IMG/VR virus record: IMGVR_UViG_3300026382_000007
Source: a virus
Taxonomy: Duplodnaviria; Heunggongvirae; Uroviricota; Caudoviricetes
Length of the DNA: 64,000 nt
Direction: 5' to 3' (one strand)
In this document: one piece after another, positions 30,358-40,210 of the stretch
Layout of the letters: each line of letters begins with the position of its first letter
Numbering within the stretch: position 1 is the first letter of the stretch
Made by a program: the position numbers and the translations under genes
Notes under the pieces: generated by a model
Seen by the model: the letters and a program-made list of their open reading frames with translations, nothing else
Database searches by the model: none
Told to the model about the DNA's origin: nothing

Positions 30358-30639
30358 ATGGGAATATTTTACGAAGCATTTAATGAGGCTGCAGGGCTTG
30401 ATGTCGGTGATATCGTTCAGGTTCGTGATTATGGATTGGAAAACGCAAAAGAACGAATTTGGAATGGTGCTATCGGTGAAGTAATTGCTGTCAATGGCAT
30501 TAAGGTACAAGTGAGAATCACGAATGTGAAACAATCAAATGTTCCTTATTCAGTGAAGTGGAGAGATAAAATTGATAATGCTCTCAAACACAAATTGACC
30601 CTTGAAAAGGGCGAATTCATTATATTGAGGGACAACTAA
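30358..30639 (+). CDS. hypothetical protein
   Basis: 93-aa ORF. Confidence 0.35.
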   Translation: MGIFYEAFNEAAGLDVGDIVQVRDYGLENAKERIWNGAIGEVIAVNGIKVQVRITNVKQSNVPYSVKWRDKIDNALKHKLTLEKGEFIILRDN

Positions 30640-30767
30640 CCCAAATCATGTCAATATTTATGGTGATCGTGAATCCGTAGGTAGTATAGGATGATAAAAT
30701 AAATTATCGAAACTATCACGGAAGCCGATTCAGTTATTCTCAAGGAATTCAAACCTTTTGATGATTA

Positions 30768-30827
30768 AGCTGGTTTTAAGCTTACTTTAGGTATAATATA
30801 GTATATCAAAAGTTAAAAAGGCTTAAA
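30768..30827 (+). promoter_or_regulatory. conserved phage promoter/leader cassette (full form)
   Basis: ttttaagcttactttaggTATAATatagtatatcaaaagttaaaaaggcttaaaTTG; -10 at 30792-30797. Confidence 0.6.
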
Positions 30828-31058
30828 TTGTTCAACTTATCAAATACTCTAATCACAAACACTGCTACATCGACTGGTATTGTAGCAGCACTTCTTCTAG
30901 CATTAAACATCAATATGTTCTTAGTAGCATACTGTCTGTTTCTTGCGTCTTCTATCCTATGGGCAATTTTCGCTCATAGAACTCAAAATAGACAACTTCT
31001 TATAATGAATGTAGTTTTTTCAGTAATTAACACTATCGGTGTTTATAACTTCTCTTAA
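30828..31058 (+). CDS. small membrane protein (TTG start)
   Basis: preceded by full conserved promoter/leader cassette ending aaaaaggcttaaaTTG; two TM helices. Confidence 0.4.
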   Translation: MFNLSNTLITNTATSTGIVAALLLALNINMFLVAYCLFLASSILWAIFAHRTQNRQLLIMNVVFSVINTIGVYNFS

Positions 31059-31095
31059 GCAAGATCTAAGGGGATGTACGGTATAATACGATGCC
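31050..31095 (+). promoter_or_regulatory. promoter variant
   Basis: agatctaaggggatgtacggTATAATacgatg; -10 31082-31087. Confidence 0.4.
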
Positions 31096-31143
31096 GATGT
31101 AATTGCACATTAAATAAAACCAACTAACAACAAAGGAATTACT

Positions 31144-31428
31144 ATGCTAAAAGACATTGTATCTAAAATTGACGAGGGTCGCACTCCTCCTGGTATGGAA
31201 CTTCAAAAGAATCAAATTCAGTTCAGGTCTGACACTATGTCAACTGTTCAAGGAGTTCTGAGTGCTTGTAAAGAACTTGAGAAAATCGCTAAAAAGGCTA
31301 AAAAAAATGACCATGGTTACCCTGAAGATGATTTCGAGATGGGGCACTGGCTTACTATTATCGCTAAATCTGCAAACACTGCTAATAGTCAAATCCAAAT
31401 GGTTTCAACTGTTCCAGGATCAAGATAA
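31144..31428 (+). CDS. hypothetical protein
   Basis: 94 aa, RBS aaaggaattactATG. Confidence 0.4.
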   Translation: MLKDIVSKIDEGRTPPGMELQKNQIQFRSDTMSTVQGVLSACKELEKIAKKAKKNDHGYPEDDFEMGHWLTIIAKSANTANSQIQMVSTVPGSR

Positions 31429-32672
31429 TGGGTGGTAATGTAACAGCGACAAATAAAAAGTCGGGCATCGAAACTCGTGCTGCAAAGATTCCTATTCGTA
31501 AAATCGGTCGTAAAGAGTTTACTACAAAGTTCATTCAGGTTTTCAAGAAACTGAATAAGATCTTCAAAAAAGCAAACGGTTTCCCTCTTTGGTCTAATGA
31601 AAAGAATCTTGAAAATGGGCTTCAATTTAACGGTTCAACATCATATATCTTTGACCAGACTTTATCTGACAAAGAAATCACAGATGTGAAAGAATCAGCT
31701 GGTGACCTTGATATCATCGTTCCGGAGGGCTTCAAAGCGGAAGTTTGGGAAATGCTTGATAAACTAGAGGGTGTTGAAATAATTCCTGGTTGTGTTTACA
31801 TGGGTTCTAACAAACATTCTGTAGAATCCATCGGTGAACAAATCAACTGTGTGTTCTTAACTGATTTTGATGGTCTTTCTGTACCAGCACAAGTTGACTT
31901 TGAGTTTTTACCTATGGAAAAAGACGGCTCAACTCCTACAGAGTGGGCAAAGTTCTCTCATAGTTCGAGCTTCGAAGATGCGAAAGCTGGTGTGAAAGCA
32001 GTTCACCACAAATATCTAATTCAAGCTTTGGTTGGTGGTGCTAGTATCCGTGATGATGTTGTTATCGTAACGGCAGCAGCAAATAATGACAATTATGCTT
32101 CTAAGGTTCAAGACCAAAAAGGTCAGCTCCCAAGAATGCTTAAATTCTCAGTTGGTCGTGGTATTGGTCGTGCTTATGAATTAATGCATGGTGAAGACGG
32201 ACTTCCTCTTAAATTAGATGGGAAAGATGTTTATCGTGTTGTTAAGCCTGCAGATAGAAGCTATGAAACAACTGTAAAAGAGATTTATAAGCTTGCATTT
32301 GGTCGCCTTGAAGACAATCCTGATGATATTAAAAAGTTCAACTCATTTGTTGGTATTCTTGATTTAATGCAAAGACACCTTAACAAAAAGCAGATTGATG
32401 CTACTCACAAGAGATATGTTGAAAAACTATGGGCAACAGCTACTAATAAATCTAAAAAGGTTTATTCAGTCGGTCAATCACTTGAAAGAGGCGATGCCGA
32501 GGGTGACTACAATGTAAAAATTAGTGGTTACAACAAATTCGTAAAAGAATTTGGTTTAAAGCCTGACAAGAAAACTATTGAAAACTATTACAAGCACTTC
32601 GAAGTTAAAAATGTCAAAGAATCTATGATTCGTGAAGCAATCGACAAGGTTGCTTCACGAGAAGAGATTTAA
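31428..32672 (+). CDS. hypothetical protein; weak HAD-like DxDG motif (VFLTDFDGLS) suggests possible phosphatase
   Basis: 414-aa ORF; motif resemblance to T4 Pnk phosphatase motif I VIFDVDGTL is weak. Confidence 0.25.
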   Translation: MGGNVTATNKKSGIETRAAKIPIRKIGRKEFTTKFIQVFKKLNKIFKKANGFPLWSNEKNLENGLQFNGSTSYIFDQTLSDKEITDVKESAGDLDIIVPEGFKAEVWEMLDKLEGVEIIPGCVYMGSNKHSVESIGEQINCVFLTDFDGLSVPAQVDFEFLPMEKDGSTPTEWAKFSHSSSFEDAKAGVKAVHHKYLIQALVGGASIRDDVVIVTAAANNDNYASKVQDQKGQLPRMLKFSVGRGIGRAYELMHGEDGLPLKLDGKDVYRVVKPADRSYETTVKEIYKLAFGRLEDNPDDIKKFNSFVGILDLMQRHLNKKQIDATHKRYVEKLWATATNKSKKVYSVGQSLERGDAEGDYNVKISGYNKFVKEFGLKPDKKTIENYYKHFEVKNVKESMIREAIDKVASREEI

Positions 32673-32719
32673 CTCGTGTGTGAACAAGATGGGAATATAT
32701 TTGAAGAAAGGGGTAATAT

Positions 32720-33610
32720 ATGATTAGAGAAGCACTTACAATCGTACTAAACGAAAATGTAAATCCGCAAATTCTTAAACTTGCGGAAGTTCAGGGGGCT
32801 GATTCTACGGATAAGCTTCGGGCACTTGTTGCTCAAGAGTACGGAATTCATAATCCTCCTCCGAAGATGAGCTCAAATGTTAAGACTGTTCCTCAGTTGA
32901 TCAAGGCTTATGAAAAACTTCTTAAGACCCATAATGCTGAAATGAAGATACTTTTTGACATTGTACCGAAAGGTGTTGGTCGTGCTGAAGTTATGCTTGC
33001 ATTTGTTCATGATGAAATCTCTATTGGAGGTGGGTCACAGAATTATGATGTGGATTACGGTTCAATTCAACTTGAAGTGAAAGAAGTGAAGATTTCTGGT
33101 GATTACGGTGGAAACTTTAGACTTGGTGTCGACAGTACACACTATTTGAAACGAGCTTATGATGATATTGCAGCACTTTATGGTGTGGCGAGATATTACA
33201 TACCTGAGATCGACAATGATGATTTTGCTAACAATGTTTACAAAAAGGGCGGTATCGCACTTGCTCAACTCAGAAAATGGGTTATGCCTAAGAAAATTGA
33301 AGTTAAAGATGTTGAGCTCAAAGTTCTTTCAGACGGTTACATGTTTCATGATGGGGCAGTCATTGGTAATATATCTGACAAATCACTTCTTGGTAAGATC
33401 GCTGATCTTTTCAAAGTGCCGAAAAAGGTGAAATCATTTAGTGAAATTGAGGATGAACTTGAAAGTGGTCTTAGTGGCCATGAAATGAAGTATTTATTCT
33501 TCGGAGACCTTAAAAAAGGTATCCCGATGTACTACAAAGATCGCATAAAAGATATTCGTATCGAATCAGCGACTGGGCACAAAGTCAAGTTCCAGATTAA
33601 ATTAAAATAG
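32720..33610 (+). CDS. hypothetical protein
   Basis: 296-aa ORF, RBS gaaaggggtaatatATG. Confidence 0.35.
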   Translation: MIREALTIVLNENVNPQILKLAEVQGADSTDKLRALVAQEYGIHNPPPKMSSNVKTVPQLIKAYEKLLKTHNAEMKILFDIVPKGVGRAEVMLAFVHDEISIGGGSQNYDVDYGSIQLEVKEVKISGDYGGNFRLGVDSTHYLKRAYDDIAALYGVARYYIPEIDNDDFANNVYKKGGIALAQLRKWVMPKKIEVKDVELKVLSDGYMFHDGAVIGNISDKSLLGKIADLFKVPKKVKSFSEIEDELESGLSGHEMKYLFFGDLKKGIPMYYKDRIKDIRIESATGHKVKFQIKLK

Positions 33611-33618
33611 GAGCTTAG

Positions 33619-35202
33619 ATGATTAATGAAGCAGTAAGAACAGTTGTATCAGAAGCTGAGTATCTTAACATCAGTATCAAAAATGTCGATAAAGCAGTTA
33701 AGGAGAAGGATCTAGCATCACTTCTTGACCAAAATACGATTGTTTATGGTAAATACGATGGGACAAAACTGTCTATCTTAAGAACTGATAAGCCTTGGAA
33801 CGAAGCTAAATGGTGGGAAATGTTCATTGTTGGATATAAAGGAAATATACTTTATGGTACAGAGTATGCTGACTCAACTGATGATCAGGCTGAACTGGAC
33901 AAAACTATTGGTGTGTCTCAGTATAAAGCTATTTTCAAACACATTAGTGAATATTACAAAGGCTGGAAAAGTCTTCCAATGAAAACTGAGTTTTTCTTTG
34001 AATTCTTGATGAACAAGCCGACTTTGACTCGCTCATACACTAAACTTCGTGATCTTGTCCTTATAGGATATGCACCAGTTTCTAGTTACAAAGAGAATCA
34101 TGGTAAGATTTCAACAAGTCCTCAAGGGTTCATCATGGATGGTCGCGAGGAGTTTGCAAAAACATTCAAAGTGAATTTACCAGAAGAGTTATTCAATGGT
34201 AAACTTAGAAATCTCCCAAATGGGCTTAATAAACGAGCGAATGATTTTTTCGGTGATTATAAAGACCTACTTTCAAAATCTACATCGGATGCTGAATACT
34301 GGAACTTCTGTAAGTTATTTTTCCTTGATATTCCGTCTTTATACGGTTCACCAAAAGAAGAGGGTGTTGTTATTCATCTTGAAAAAGATATCGGTGGTGC
34401 AAATATCCTAAAGATAATGCAAGCTGATCAATATGACAAAGCACTTCGTGGTGAGAAAAAGGCTCAATTCAAGATGGAATGGGAAGACGAAGACAACTAC
34501 TGGGTACAAATTCGTGCGAAAGCCGAAGAGGTTATCGGGATGGTTGATTACACTCAACCTCTATATAGAACTCTTAAATTAGTTTCAAAGATTGTTTTCA
34601 AAGACTGGAAAGTCGATGTCGTTCATACAAAGAAAACTGACCTGAATATCAAGGATGATTTACAACTTACTGTGAAAAGTATGCTTGTTCGATTAATGCC
34701 TGGAAACAATGGTGCTATGGTAGTTGGTAAATTCCGTGTGTTCACAAACGGGCACAAAAAGATGTTTGACAAGGCTCTTAAAACTAACGATGTCCTTGTG
34801 GTTGCACTCGTTTCCAATAAAGAGACAAAAGCTACTTTAAAGCTTCGTCGCTCAATGATTGAAATGAACTATCCACAAGTAGAGATCATTGAAACTACTT
34901 CAGGGAATTTACTGACTATGTTGAATAAGACTTCGACAAACATCAATACAATCTTTGCTGGTACAGATCGTGTCAAAGCTTACAAAGAACAGATGAAAAG
35001 AAATCTTGATGTTGGTATTGAAGAAATTGAAAGAACTGACGAAGACGAAAGTGCTTCTAAGGTTATCTCAAAACTTAAAGACATTAAATACTTTAAGAAG
35101 AATGTACCAAAGGGGACTCAGAAGTTTTACAATGAACTTCTAAGTGTCTATATTCAAAATGAAAGTGTTAGGGAGAATCTCATGACTGAGTGGGAAAAAT
35201 GA
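33619..35202 (+). CDS. RNA ligase (KxDG nucleotidyltransferase) fused to C-terminal HxGH-type adenylyl/cytidylyltransferase domain
   Basis: motif I YGKYDGTK, motif IV EGVVIH, motif V LKIMQ in N-half; C-half G-K-F-R-V-F-T-N-G-H resembles NadD/NMNAT GxFxxxHxGH. Confidence 0.55.
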   Translation: MINEAVRTVVSEAEYLNISIKNVDKAVKEKDLASLLDQNTIVYGKYDGTKLSILRTDKPWNEAKWWEMFIVGYKGNILYGTEYADSTDDQAELDKTIGVSQYKAIFKHISEYYKGWKSLPMKTEFFFEFLMNKPTLTRSYTKLRDLVLIGYAPVSSYKENHGKISTSPQGFIMDGREEFAKTFKVNLPEELFNGKLRNLPNGLNKRANDFFGDYKDLLSKSTSDAEYWNFCKLFFLDIPSLYGSPKEEGVVIHLEKDIGGANILKIMQADQYDKALRGEKKAQFKMEWEDEDNYWVQIRAKAEEVIGMVDYTQPLYRTLKLVSKIVFKDWKVDVVHTKKTDLNIKDDLQLTVKSMLVRLMPGNNGAMVVGKFRVFTNGHKKMFDKALKTNDVLVVALVSNKETKATLKLRRSMIEMNYPQVEIIETTSGNLLTMLNKTSTNINTIFAGTDRVKAYKEQMKRNLDVGIEEIERTDEDESASKVISKLKDIKYFKKNVPKGTQKFYNELLSVYIQNESVRENLMTEWEK

Positions 35203-35417
35203 TGTTTAAGGAATTAATTAAGGTTATCGAGTCAAAAAAGCCTCGTTCAGTGCCTATGATTTTTGAACTTATTGTAGACGGCTCAAAAGTAGCGACGAAT
35301 TCTAATGCTGATGTTATTGGACGAAAGGCGAAAGCCAAGAAGTACATCGGGAAAGAAGTGAAAATCATGAGATCATCAGATTCTGGGTACGAAGATATCA
35401 CAGACATGTTCTTATAG
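35199..35417 (+). CDS. hypothetical small protein
   Basis: 72 aa; start GTG35190/ATG35199. Confidence 0.3.
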   Translation: MMFKELIKVIESKKPRSVPMIFELIVDGSKVATNSNADVIGRKAKAKKYIGKEVKIMRSSDSGYEDITDMFL

Positions 35418-35456
35418 GAGAAATCGTGAAAGTTAATCAATCAGGAAAGGAGCTCG

Positions 35457-35663
35457 GTGATGAGTAAATTTGTTCTAGCAGAGGCGAACTCGCCAGAAGT
35501 AGATGTATCAGAGGGACTTTCAGATGTGTCATTAGCACTAATGGCAGTTCAAAAGACGGCAAAGAGACTTCCGGACGGGAAGAGACTTGAAAAGATAATC
35601 AGTAACATGATTTCTAACATTGATGAAGAGTCAATGTATGTAGCAAAAGGGGAATATAGCTAA
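35457..35663 (+). CDS. hypothetical small acidic protein
   Basis: 68 aa; RBS aaaggagctcggtgATG. Confidence 0.35.
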   Translation: MMSKFVLAEANSPEVDVSEGLSDVSLALMAVQKTAKRLPDGKRLEKIISNMISNIDEESMYVAKGEYS

Positions 35664-36022
35664 TGGTAAGACAAATAATTAAGAAAATCACTGAAGTAGA
35701 TACACCTCAAAGCTTCTCAGCGAATGAAGCTAAAATGACAAAACCTCAACTACTTAAAGACATGGAAACATGGTTAAAAGCTTCTGGGTTTGATTTTGAA
35801 GTGAAAGACAACAAAACATTCAGAGCGATCAAGGGCGGGAAGCCAGAGGGTCAAACTGAATTGGTTTTCAAATCTGTAGATATCGCAAAATCCGCTATGT
35901 CAAAACTTGCTACTGCAAAGAAATTTGACGGTGTTGAGACTGCTTGGGGTGGTTTTGTTCTAAGTTTCGTATGGAACCGTGTTAAGAATGAATCCCTTTT
36001 CCGTAAAATCGCGGAACTGTAG
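35663..36022 (+). CDS. hypothetical protein
   Basis: 119 aa, start overlaps upstream stop. Confidence 0.35.
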   Translation: MVRQIIKKITEVDTPQSFSANEAKMTKPQLLKDMETWLKASGFDFEVKDNKTFRAIKGGKPEGQTELVFKSVDIAKSAMSKLATAKKFDGVETAWGGFVLSFVWNRVKNESLFRKIAEL

Positions 36023-36556
36023 ATGAAATTCATATTATCTGAATCTAATATAAAAGATTTGGGTGATTTGGTTGCAGATGATGCATACTTTGTATTTGTC
36101 ATGGGTGCCACGGGGTCAGGTAAAAACTTCATTGTAAGAAAATACTTACCCAAGACTCCTTTGGTGGATATAGACAAATTCATGGCTGAACTCGCGGCAA
36201 ATGACCCTGATGGGAGAAATGAACGAAAATTCATTTCTAAGTCGGTCCATATGGCAAAAAAGGCACTTGATAAATATTTCAACAAAATGCAATCTGTAAT
36301 TCAGACTGGAACTGGTGGGAATTTAAAGGGGCTTGAAAATAAGCTTAAGCTTGCAAAATCAAAGGGTTTGAAAACTGCTCTCATCTTAGTTGATACTGAC
36401 ATTGAAAGGGCTAAAAAGCGAAATCAATCCCGTGCTGACTCTGGCGAGCAAAGGCTTGTACCTCAGTGGAAAGTGGATGTTTCGTATGAAAAATCTGCTG
36501 AAAATTACAAAATTCTTAAGGACACTGTGGACTTCGCGGTTAAGGTTAAAAACTAA
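36023..36556 (+). CDS. P-loop kinase (polynucleotide 5'-kinase-like or dNMP kinase)
   Basis: Walker A VMGATGSGKN near N-terminus, D-rich segment VDIDKF downstream, 177 aa. Confidence 0.45.
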   Translation: MKFILSESNIKDLGDLVADDAYFVFVMGATGSGKNFIVRKYLPKTPLVDIDKFMAELAANDPDGRNERKFISKSVHMAKKALDKYFNKMQSVIQTGTGGNLKGLENKLKLAKSKGLKTALILVDTDIERAKKRNQSRADSGEQRLVPQWKVDVSYEKSAENYKILKDTVDFAVKVKN

Positions 36557-36660
36557 TATTATAATAAATCCAGGAATCTGGTCCAATTACTGGAAGTGAA
36601 CGACTACATCACCGATGTAGCTGGAACATATTCAACCTTTCGCTTAATTCTTTTCTAATT

Positions 36661-36721
36661 TAAGTAAGCTTTAAGTCTTTTTATGATATAATATAGTATA
36701 TCATAAGTAAAAGGCTTAAAA
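36661..36721 (+). promoter_or_regulatory. conserved promoter/leader cassette
   Basis: -10 tataat 36687-36692, downstream atagtatatcataagtaaaaggcttaaaaATG. Confidence 0.55.
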
Positions 36722-37057
36722 ATGAAAACTTCTAATCTTACTGCCACTATCGGCAAAACAACAATCACCCTAAACTTATCAAATACACAGAACATCAATG
36801 ACTGGAACTCTATGGCTCCGTTTACATCTGCTGTGTTAAATTTTATCGAAATGCATGCACTTCCATCGTATTCTTATCCTGAGGTTTATGAATTCATGGT
36901 TACTCAAAGAGATTGTCCTATTGAGGAAAACTTCCACGGTAACTTGGTATTTCAAAATGGTTTCGTTTCTGATACTGAAGAACGAGCTCTTTGTAAAATT
37001 ATCAAACAACTTTCAAAGGATGAGGAGACTTTCTTTCAAGTTAAAAATAAATCATAA
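36722..37057 (+). CDS. hypothetical protein
   Basis: 111 aa; preceded by conserved promoter/leader cassette. Confidence 0.4.
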   Translation: MKTSNLTATIGKTTITLNLSNTQNINDWNSMAPFTSAVLNFIEMHALPSYSYPEVYEFMVTQRDCPIEENFHGNLVFQNGFVSDTEERALCKIIKQLSKDEETFFQVKNKS

Positions 37058-37059
37058 TT

Positions 37060-37121
37060 AAGTTGCTTCTAAGTTAATGTATAGTATAATATAATATATC
37101 AAAAAATAACAAAGGAAAACT
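37060..37121 (+). promoter_or_regulatory. promoter variant upstream of DNA ligase
   Basis: ctaagttaatgtatagTATAATataatatatc; -10 37085-37090. Confidence 0.45.
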
Positions 37122-38525
37122 ATGACACCATATGAAATCATCGAGCTTCTAAGAAGCACTTCAGGAATCAATGACAAGAGGACTATACTTAGTTCACATA
37201 AAGATAATAAAGACTTTCAGCGAGTGCTCACATATGCTCTAGACCCTCGTATTACATTCGGGATTAAAAAGCTTCCTAAATATGATTACACGGCACTAGA
37301 TTTGACACTGAATGAGGCAATTACTGAATTAATTGCACTTGAAACTCGCGAAGTTACTGGGAATGCAGCTTCTGATCTTCTTCAGGGTATTCTTGAAACT
37401 ACTTCTGAAGAAGATGCTCAGGTTATTAAGTGGATCATCGCCAAAGATTTCAAAGCTGGATTTGGCATTTCGTTGATTAATGATGAAATGGCTCCATTTA
37501 GTGTATATGAAGTTCCTTACATGGGAGCTACGAGCTACTCGCCAAAAAGAGTTGCAACTATCATGAAACAAGGGCAAGCATTTTCTGAGGTGAAAATGGA
37601 TGGTCGTTATCTAAATTGTATCGTAAACAACGGTGATGTTTTCATGGAGTCAAGAGGTGGTAAGCCAAATCCATTAATGGGTTGTCTTGAGAAAGAAGCA
37701 AGTGCACTTGCATTTGAGCTTGGATATTCGCAAGTTGCTATCAACGGTGAGCTAATGTTCAAAGGCGAAAAAGACCGTTACATTGCAAATGGTATTATCA
37801 GCTCATTTGTGTCAATGGCTCAAAAAGACTTTGACGGTGTTGATATTAGTAAGGAAATTACTAAGTTCGAAAAAAGATGGGAAATGACTCTTGATGAAGC
37901 GAAATCAAGAATCGCATTAGTGGTTTGGGATTATATCCCTCTTGAAAACTACAAGGAGCAAGTCTGGTCTAAGCCTCGTTTTGAGAGACTTGCTCGCCTT
38001 AAAAATGCTTGTGAATCAACTAACTCATTTGAACTTGTTGAATACAAAGTTGTTCATACTGAGGCTGAAGCAATTAGTCACTTCCAAGAGATGCTTGCTC
38101 GTGGCGAAGAGGGGACTATCCTGAAAGCTTGGGACGGTATTTGGAAAGACGGAAAACCTACATTTCAATGTAAAATGAAAGTTGAAATGAATGTTGACTT
38201 GAGAATTGTTGGGTTCAATTACGGAACTCCAGGAACAAAAAATGAAAAAGTGATTTCAAGCTTAGATGTTGAGTCAATGTGTGGCGGTTTAGCTACTTCA
38301 CCTGGAGGAATTAATGAAGCTGATATGCAATTTATTACTGATAATATGGACTCATTAATGGGTACAATTGTTGAAGTAAAATCTTGCGGTATTTCTCAAG
38401 ATTCAACTGGAGCTTATGCTTTACTTCATCCTGTTTTCATAAAACTTCGTGATGATAAAAACACTGGTGATGATTTGAAAACAATCATCGAAATTGATAA
38501 TATGAAAAAGGGGCTTACGAAGTAA
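37122..38525 (+). CDS. ATP-dependent DNA ligase
   Basis: KxDG motif EVKMDGRYL; 467 aa comparable to T4 DNA ligase. Confidence 0.75.
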   Translation: MTPYEIIELLRSTSGINDKRTILSSHKDNKDFQRVLTYALDPRITFGIKKLPKYDYTALDLTLNEAITELIALETREVTGNAASDLLQGILETTSEEDAQVIKWIIAKDFKAGFGISLINDEMAPFSVYEVPYMGATSYSPKRVATIMKQGQAFSEVKMDGRYLNCIVNNGDVFMESRGGKPNPLMGCLEKEASALAFELGYSQVAINGELMFKGEKDRYIANGIISSFVSMAQKDFDGVDISKEITKFEKRWEMTLDEAKSRIALVVWDYIPLENYKEQVWSKPRFERLARLKNACESTNSFELVEYKVVHTEAEAISHFQEMLARGEEGTILKAWDGIWKDGKPTFQCKMKVEMNVDLRIVGFNYGTPGTKNEKVISSLDVESMCGGLATSPGGINEADMQFITDNMDSLMGTIVEVKSCGISQDSTGAYALLHPVFIKLRDDKNTGDDLKTIIEIDNMKKGLTK

Positions 38526-38629
38526 TGTATTTCAGAAATGTTAGTAAGGAGATGAGGTTTATTCACTTTGTCTTTGGGTAAGGTGAAGTTTATTGGTAAA
38601 GATAGACGATTACGAAAAGATATTAAACT

Positions 38630-38686
38630 TAAGCAAGCTCTAAGCTTACTTTAGGTATAATATAGTATAACTAAAAAGGAGTATCA
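38630..38686 (+). promoter_or_regulatory. conserved promoter/leader cassette
   Basis: aagcaagctctaagcttactttaggTATAATatagtataactaaaaaggag; -10 38656-38661. Confidence 0.6.
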
Positions 38687-39025
38687 ATGGGAATTGAACT
38701 AATCTGGATGCCACTGGCGAAAGCCGGAATCATCTTTTTGTTGCTGGGTCTTATGACTTGGCTGTTAAGACGAAAGAACTATAAACTTGGAGGTGCTGTT
38801 GCAGTAATTCTAGCTATTATGGTGATTTTCGCTCCAATAAAGCTTACTAATAAAACGGTTCATGTGAAACAGCAAACTCAGCAAATTGCTAAGGTGATGA
38901 CGGCTGAAATACCTGAGAGGGTAGAAAGAACAAAAAGATCACTTGACGGTGCCATGGCAAAGTTCAAAGTGATCCGTGAAGAATCACAAAAAGTAATCAA
39001 TGATGAACTCAACAAAAGTAAATAA
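38687..39025 (+). CDS. small membrane protein (2 TM)
   Basis: preceded by conserved promoter; hydrophobic helices. Confidence 0.4.
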   Translation: MGIELIWMPLAKAGIIFLLLGLMTWLLRRKNYKLGGAVAVILAIMVIFAPIKLTNKTVHVKQQTQQIAKVMTAEIPERVERTKRSLDGAMAKFKVIREESQKVINDELNKSK

Positions 39026-39203
39026 GGGATTTACTCTCATGGAGCTCGTATTCATAATTATTATTTTTGGAATTTTGTCTGCTGTGGCACTTCCTAAAAT
39101 GAAACAAGCTGAACTCGATAAACAAAAAAAGGTACAGACTGAGAAATTGAAACAGTCTGGAACAACTTTCGGGAGTGGTGGAAGCACCTCTTTCTCAAAC
39201 TAA
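39003..39203 (+). CDS. type IV prepilin/pseudopilin-like protein (66 aa)
   Basis: class III signal: short basic leader ..KVNKG then FTLMELVFIIIIFGILSAVALP with Glu at +5. Confidence 0.55.
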   Translation: MNSTKVNKGFTLMELVFIIIIFGILSAVALPKMKQAELDKQKKVQTEKLKQSGTTFGSGGSTSFSN

Positions 39204-39217
39204 AATAAGGCTACACA

Positions 39218-40090
39218 ATGAAAAAAATGATTAAATCGGCGATCTTCGCTACACTTATGGGATTTATGGCACTAACAACAACTGGTTGTTCTGAAAAGGT
39301 TGAACCTGCACACAAGGGTATCAAATTAACATCAAGTGGATATGAAGCTGAAATCTACCCTCCTTCAAGAGTTTATGTGGGTTGGAGAGAAACTCTGATT
39401 CAGATTGAAACACATACATCTGCGGCAAGTGAGCAAATCACAATTCGTACTAAGGATAAAATGAACCTTAATGCTGAAATTAAATTCCGCTTAAGAGTTG
39501 ATGGTGATGATGCCACAATTCGTTCAATGTTCAATGATATCACTCCTGCTGATAATATGGTGACACTGAAATCTGTGTACTTGACATACGGTAAGATGAT
39601 CGTAAACAATGTGACTCGTGGTGTAATTGGTAAGTATGATATTGAAGATGTACAACCAAACTTCAACCGCATTAACAAAGAAATTTATGGTGAAATTCAA
39701 GCGAAGTTCAAAAACATTCCACTAGAAATTAGTGATGTTGCACTTGGAAAACTGGATTATCCTGAAGTAATTGACAAAGCAATTCTTGCTGCGGCACAAA
39801 AAACACTTGAGATTTCAAAGGCTGAGGCTGAAGTTCAAGTTGAGCTTACTAGAATTGAAGGAAAAAAACAAGTTGCGTCTGCGAAGTATGACATCAAGAT
39901 GTTAGAAGCGAAAAGAATTCGTGACTATAACATTATGATTGGGAAGGGTATTACACCAGCATTGCTTAAGCTTCGTGAGTTAGAAGTTCAAGAAACTATG
40001 GCTGAAAATATCTCAAAAGGTGACCAGATTTATATCCCATGGGGAGCAATGGGTTCAACCGGAGTTAGCAACAGAGTGTTCGGAAAGTAA
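39218..40090 (+). CDS. SPFH/band-7 (HflC/prohibitin-like) domain lipoprotein
   Basis: lipobox LTTTGC; central segment resembles SPFH domain followed by coiled-coil. Confidence 0.5.
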   Translation: MKKMIKSAIFATLMGFMALTTTGCSEKVEPAHKGIKLTSSGYEAEIYPPSRVYVGWRETLIQIETHTSAASEQITIRTKDKMNLNAEIKFRLRVDGDDATIRSMFNDITPADNMVTLKSVYLTYGKMIVNNVTRGVIGKYDIEDVQPNFNRINKEIYGEIQAKFKNIPLEISDVALGKLDYPEVIDKAILAAAQKTLEISKAEAEVQVELTRIEGKKQVASAKYDIKMLEAKRIRDYNIMIGKGITPALLKLRELEVQETMAENISKGDQIYIPWGAMGSTGVSNRVFGK

Positions 40091-40210
40091 CACACTGCTT
40101 GTGCTTTTAGAGCCACTACTCTTTAGTGGCTCAATTGAGTACAACTTGAAAAATTGTATGACCAATTTTGACTTAAATATCAGTCAACACGCAAAATAAA
40201 AGGAAAATAA

